A stretch of DNA of 62,077 nucleotides, filler included. It is 13 parts of 13 records of this genome, joined end to end, with 100 filler letters (N's around TTAATTAATTAA, not from the genome) between each part and the next. Parts side by side here need not be neighbours in the genome. Positions count along the whole stretch, not along the records: positions 58,645 to 62,077 come from SRR15195285_7579; 12 more parts are not named here. One strand, 5' to 3'. A model generated the notes under the pieces. That model was not told the origin of the DNA. It did not search any database and worked only from the letters and a program-made list of their open reading frames with translations. The position numbers and the translations under genes were made by a program. How positions within the stretch are numbered: position 1 is the stretch's first letter; each line of letters begins with the position of its first letter. Positions 60,491-62,077 of the stretch are shown one piece after another.

Positions 60491-60920
60491 TCGTCCAATG
60501 CTTCGGAAACAGCCCAACGTGGGCGCGTGTGGCACGCACCGCCGTCTTCGCCAGTGTGGCTAACCACTCTACGCTGACCGTGCCCCTCTTATATGCACTA
60601 CCGGTAATCTACACGTGTACCCTGGAAGGACCTTCTTCGAAGGATTCGCACCCACTGCTGGCCCCAGCTGCCTCCCCCTGCCCACGGCACTCGCACTTCC
60701 CCCTAGGCACTGGTCGGGGGTTACGGGTGCGGGGTGCGAGATGGAACAGAGGCAGCATCTGCAGGCGCATGCGTGCGCCGCCCTGCCGGCTGCACCATAC
60801 GCGTAATGGCGCAGAATTCAGTGCCATCCGCCGAATTCTGCTGTTTGCTCGCGAGAATTCACCCCGTTGCCCTAAATGGTAGGAAATTCCAGTGCACTGT
60901 ACGGTCGGGAGCCCAGTTCG

Positions 60921-60988
60921 CATTCTCAGGAAGTCTTCCTGAGAGGGCGGACTTCGGCATGCCCTCTCAGGAAGACTTCCTGAGAATG
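60921..60988. repeat. Perfect 28-bp inverted repeat whose arms each contain the 21-bp palindrome TCTCAGGAAG-W-CTTCCTGAGA
   Basis: 60921-60948 is the exact reverse complement of 60961-60988; 12-nt loop GGACTTCGGCAT. Confidence 0.95.
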
Positions 60989-61193
60989 GTCAGTTGCGGC
61001 CGACGCTCGCTACCCACGACCCCCCACATTCTCGCGGCCGGAATCGGCCGACGGGCAGGACCTGGCATTTCTCAGTGCATCCTCCGAACCCTGCCCTCCG
61101 AAAGAAGAGACTCGGGCCGCCGTTGGGAGAGCGTGTGCGCACCTCTCTAGCTAGAGAGGCTCCAGCTCCTAGGCTCCCAGCTCCAGGCTCCCT

Positions 61194-61865
61194 ATGCAGA
61201 AGCGAAAAACGGATGCGTTGTCGGGGGGAGCCAAGCCACAGCCCGAGGAGCCCGAGGAGCCCGAGCAGCCCGAGGAGCCACCCCACAAAAAGGCGAGCAA
61301 GCGCGAGGCGAAGGCGCGCGAGGTGAAGGCGTCCGACGCCACCCACGCGACGGGCCACGACAAGGCGCTGCGGGAGACGCTCGGGAAGCGCGTCGTCCAG
61401 CTGCGGAACCTGGCCGTGGCGACGGCAAAACCGGCGATGCAGGCGAAGCTGCCGGTCTACTACGCCACTTACTTTTCGGCGGCGTGGCACCTGGTGGCGC
61501 CAGGCTGGGTGGTGCCCCCGGCCCTCATGCTAGCGCCGGACTCATCGACGATGCGCGCGGAGACCCTCCGTGACGACCACGGCGTCAAGGGTGGCGCCCC
61601 CATGCTCACCGAGACGACGCCACCATTTCAAGACGGCAACTATGCTGTGTGGGGTTCGCCAAGATCTCGTTCAGCGAGAGCCCCCCCCCTGTTGGCGCCT
61701 GAAGTGCCCATCGTGCGCCATGGCGTGGCGATCCGCTCTCCCTACAGCACCCCGATTTTCGCACTGCCGGCGACTCGTACTGGTGCGCATGAATTTTACA
61801 ATTGTAAGCTTAGTGTGGTACGAGTTTTTACGGTCGCATACCCACCGATGCGCGACTTGCATTGA
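61194..61865 (+). CDS. Orphan hypothetical protein (223 aa) between two palindrome cassettes
   Basis: GC3-rich 5' half with PEEPEEPEQPEEP and basic patches (QKRK, HKKASKR). The 3' third looks less coding-like. No family recognised. Confidence 0.45.
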   Translation: MQKRKTDALSGGAKPQPEEPEEPEQPEEPPHKKASKREAKAREVKASDATHATGHDKALRETLGKRVVQLRNLAVATAKPAMQAKLPVYYATYFSAAWHLVAPGWVVPPALMLAPDSSTMRAETLRDDHGVKGGAPMLTETTPPFQDGNYAVWGSPRSRSARAPPLLAPEVPIVRHGVAIRSPYSTPIFALPATRTGAHEFYNCKLSVVRVFTVAYPPMRDLH

Positions 61866-61889
61866 AAGCCGGAGGTCCCAGAACGGCTT

Positions 61890-61961
61890 TTTCAGGAAGT
61901 CTTCCTGAGAATCCGCATTCACGCATTGCCGAAAGGGCTCTCTCAGGAAGACTTCCTGAGA
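61890..61961. repeat. Second double-palindrome cassette (21-mers at 61890-61910 and 61941-61961)
   Basis: TTTCAGGAAGTCTTCCTGAGA, a 30-nt spacer, then TCTCAGGAAGACTTCCTGAGA. Confidence 0.95.
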
Positions 61962-62077
61962 CGTGGGTAGTCACAACTCCATACTGCGTGGATCCGGAAT
62001 TGTCGTGACTCGAGAGGACCCCTGAGTTCGTTCCAGTGCAGCAGTGGAATTCCTTAATGGAATTTGCGTTCTGAGAC

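Noticed and set aside
60921-61961. CRISPR array interpretation of the four palindromic 21-mers
   Set aside because: Copies alternate in orientation, spacings are 20, about 900 and 30 nt, there are no cas genes, and the context is eukaryotic.
1-62077. Apparent frameshifts or split genes suggesting pseudogenes or programmed frameshifting
   Set aside because: Each is resolved by a GT-AG intron that restores conserved motifs; only the TAG at 59692-59690 remains unexplained.

Overview
This window is not one locus. It is 13 contigs joined by artificial 100-bp spacers (44 N + TTAATTAATTAA + 44 N). The DNA is from a compact, GC-rich eukaryotic genome. I could place 29 GT-AG introns (73-348 bp) by hand, each restoring a conserved reading frame. 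Convergent gene pairs lie only about 110-450 bp apart, Glu-Pro repeats are frequent, and a flagellar DRC9/IQCG gene is present. This fits a flagellated marine protist MAG/SAG; a Picozoa-like origin is inference only. Recognisable genes: two PhyH-like dioxygenases, a membrane-anchored CocE/NonD hydrolase, a fused NAD(P)H nitrite reductase (NirB-NirD), an EF-hand/multi-C2 protein, a PDZ-GNAT-Tudor-SANT-Agenet chromatin protein, a cyclopropane-fatty-acid synthase, a SPRY-UBA-HECT ligase, a cNMP-domain K+ channel, a nitrilase, a GH78 rhamnosidase, DRC9, NAP1, TFIP11, a GlcG/HbpS haem protein and a large EGF-repeat surface protein. The best novelty candidates are: (1) a receptor joining a dCache_1 domain with the amino-acid-binding motif to ~9 TM helices and a calmodulin-like EF-hand tail; (2) two double-palindrome cassettes bracketing an orphan ORF; (3) an in-frame TAG at an expected Trp in a PhyH gene, with a 36-bp stem hairpin just downstream; (4) a nitrite reductase with a hydrophobic N-terminal extension; (5) a HECT domain that is not C-terminal; (6) whole domains nested inside EGF modules. 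Family calls come from motif recognition, not database searches.
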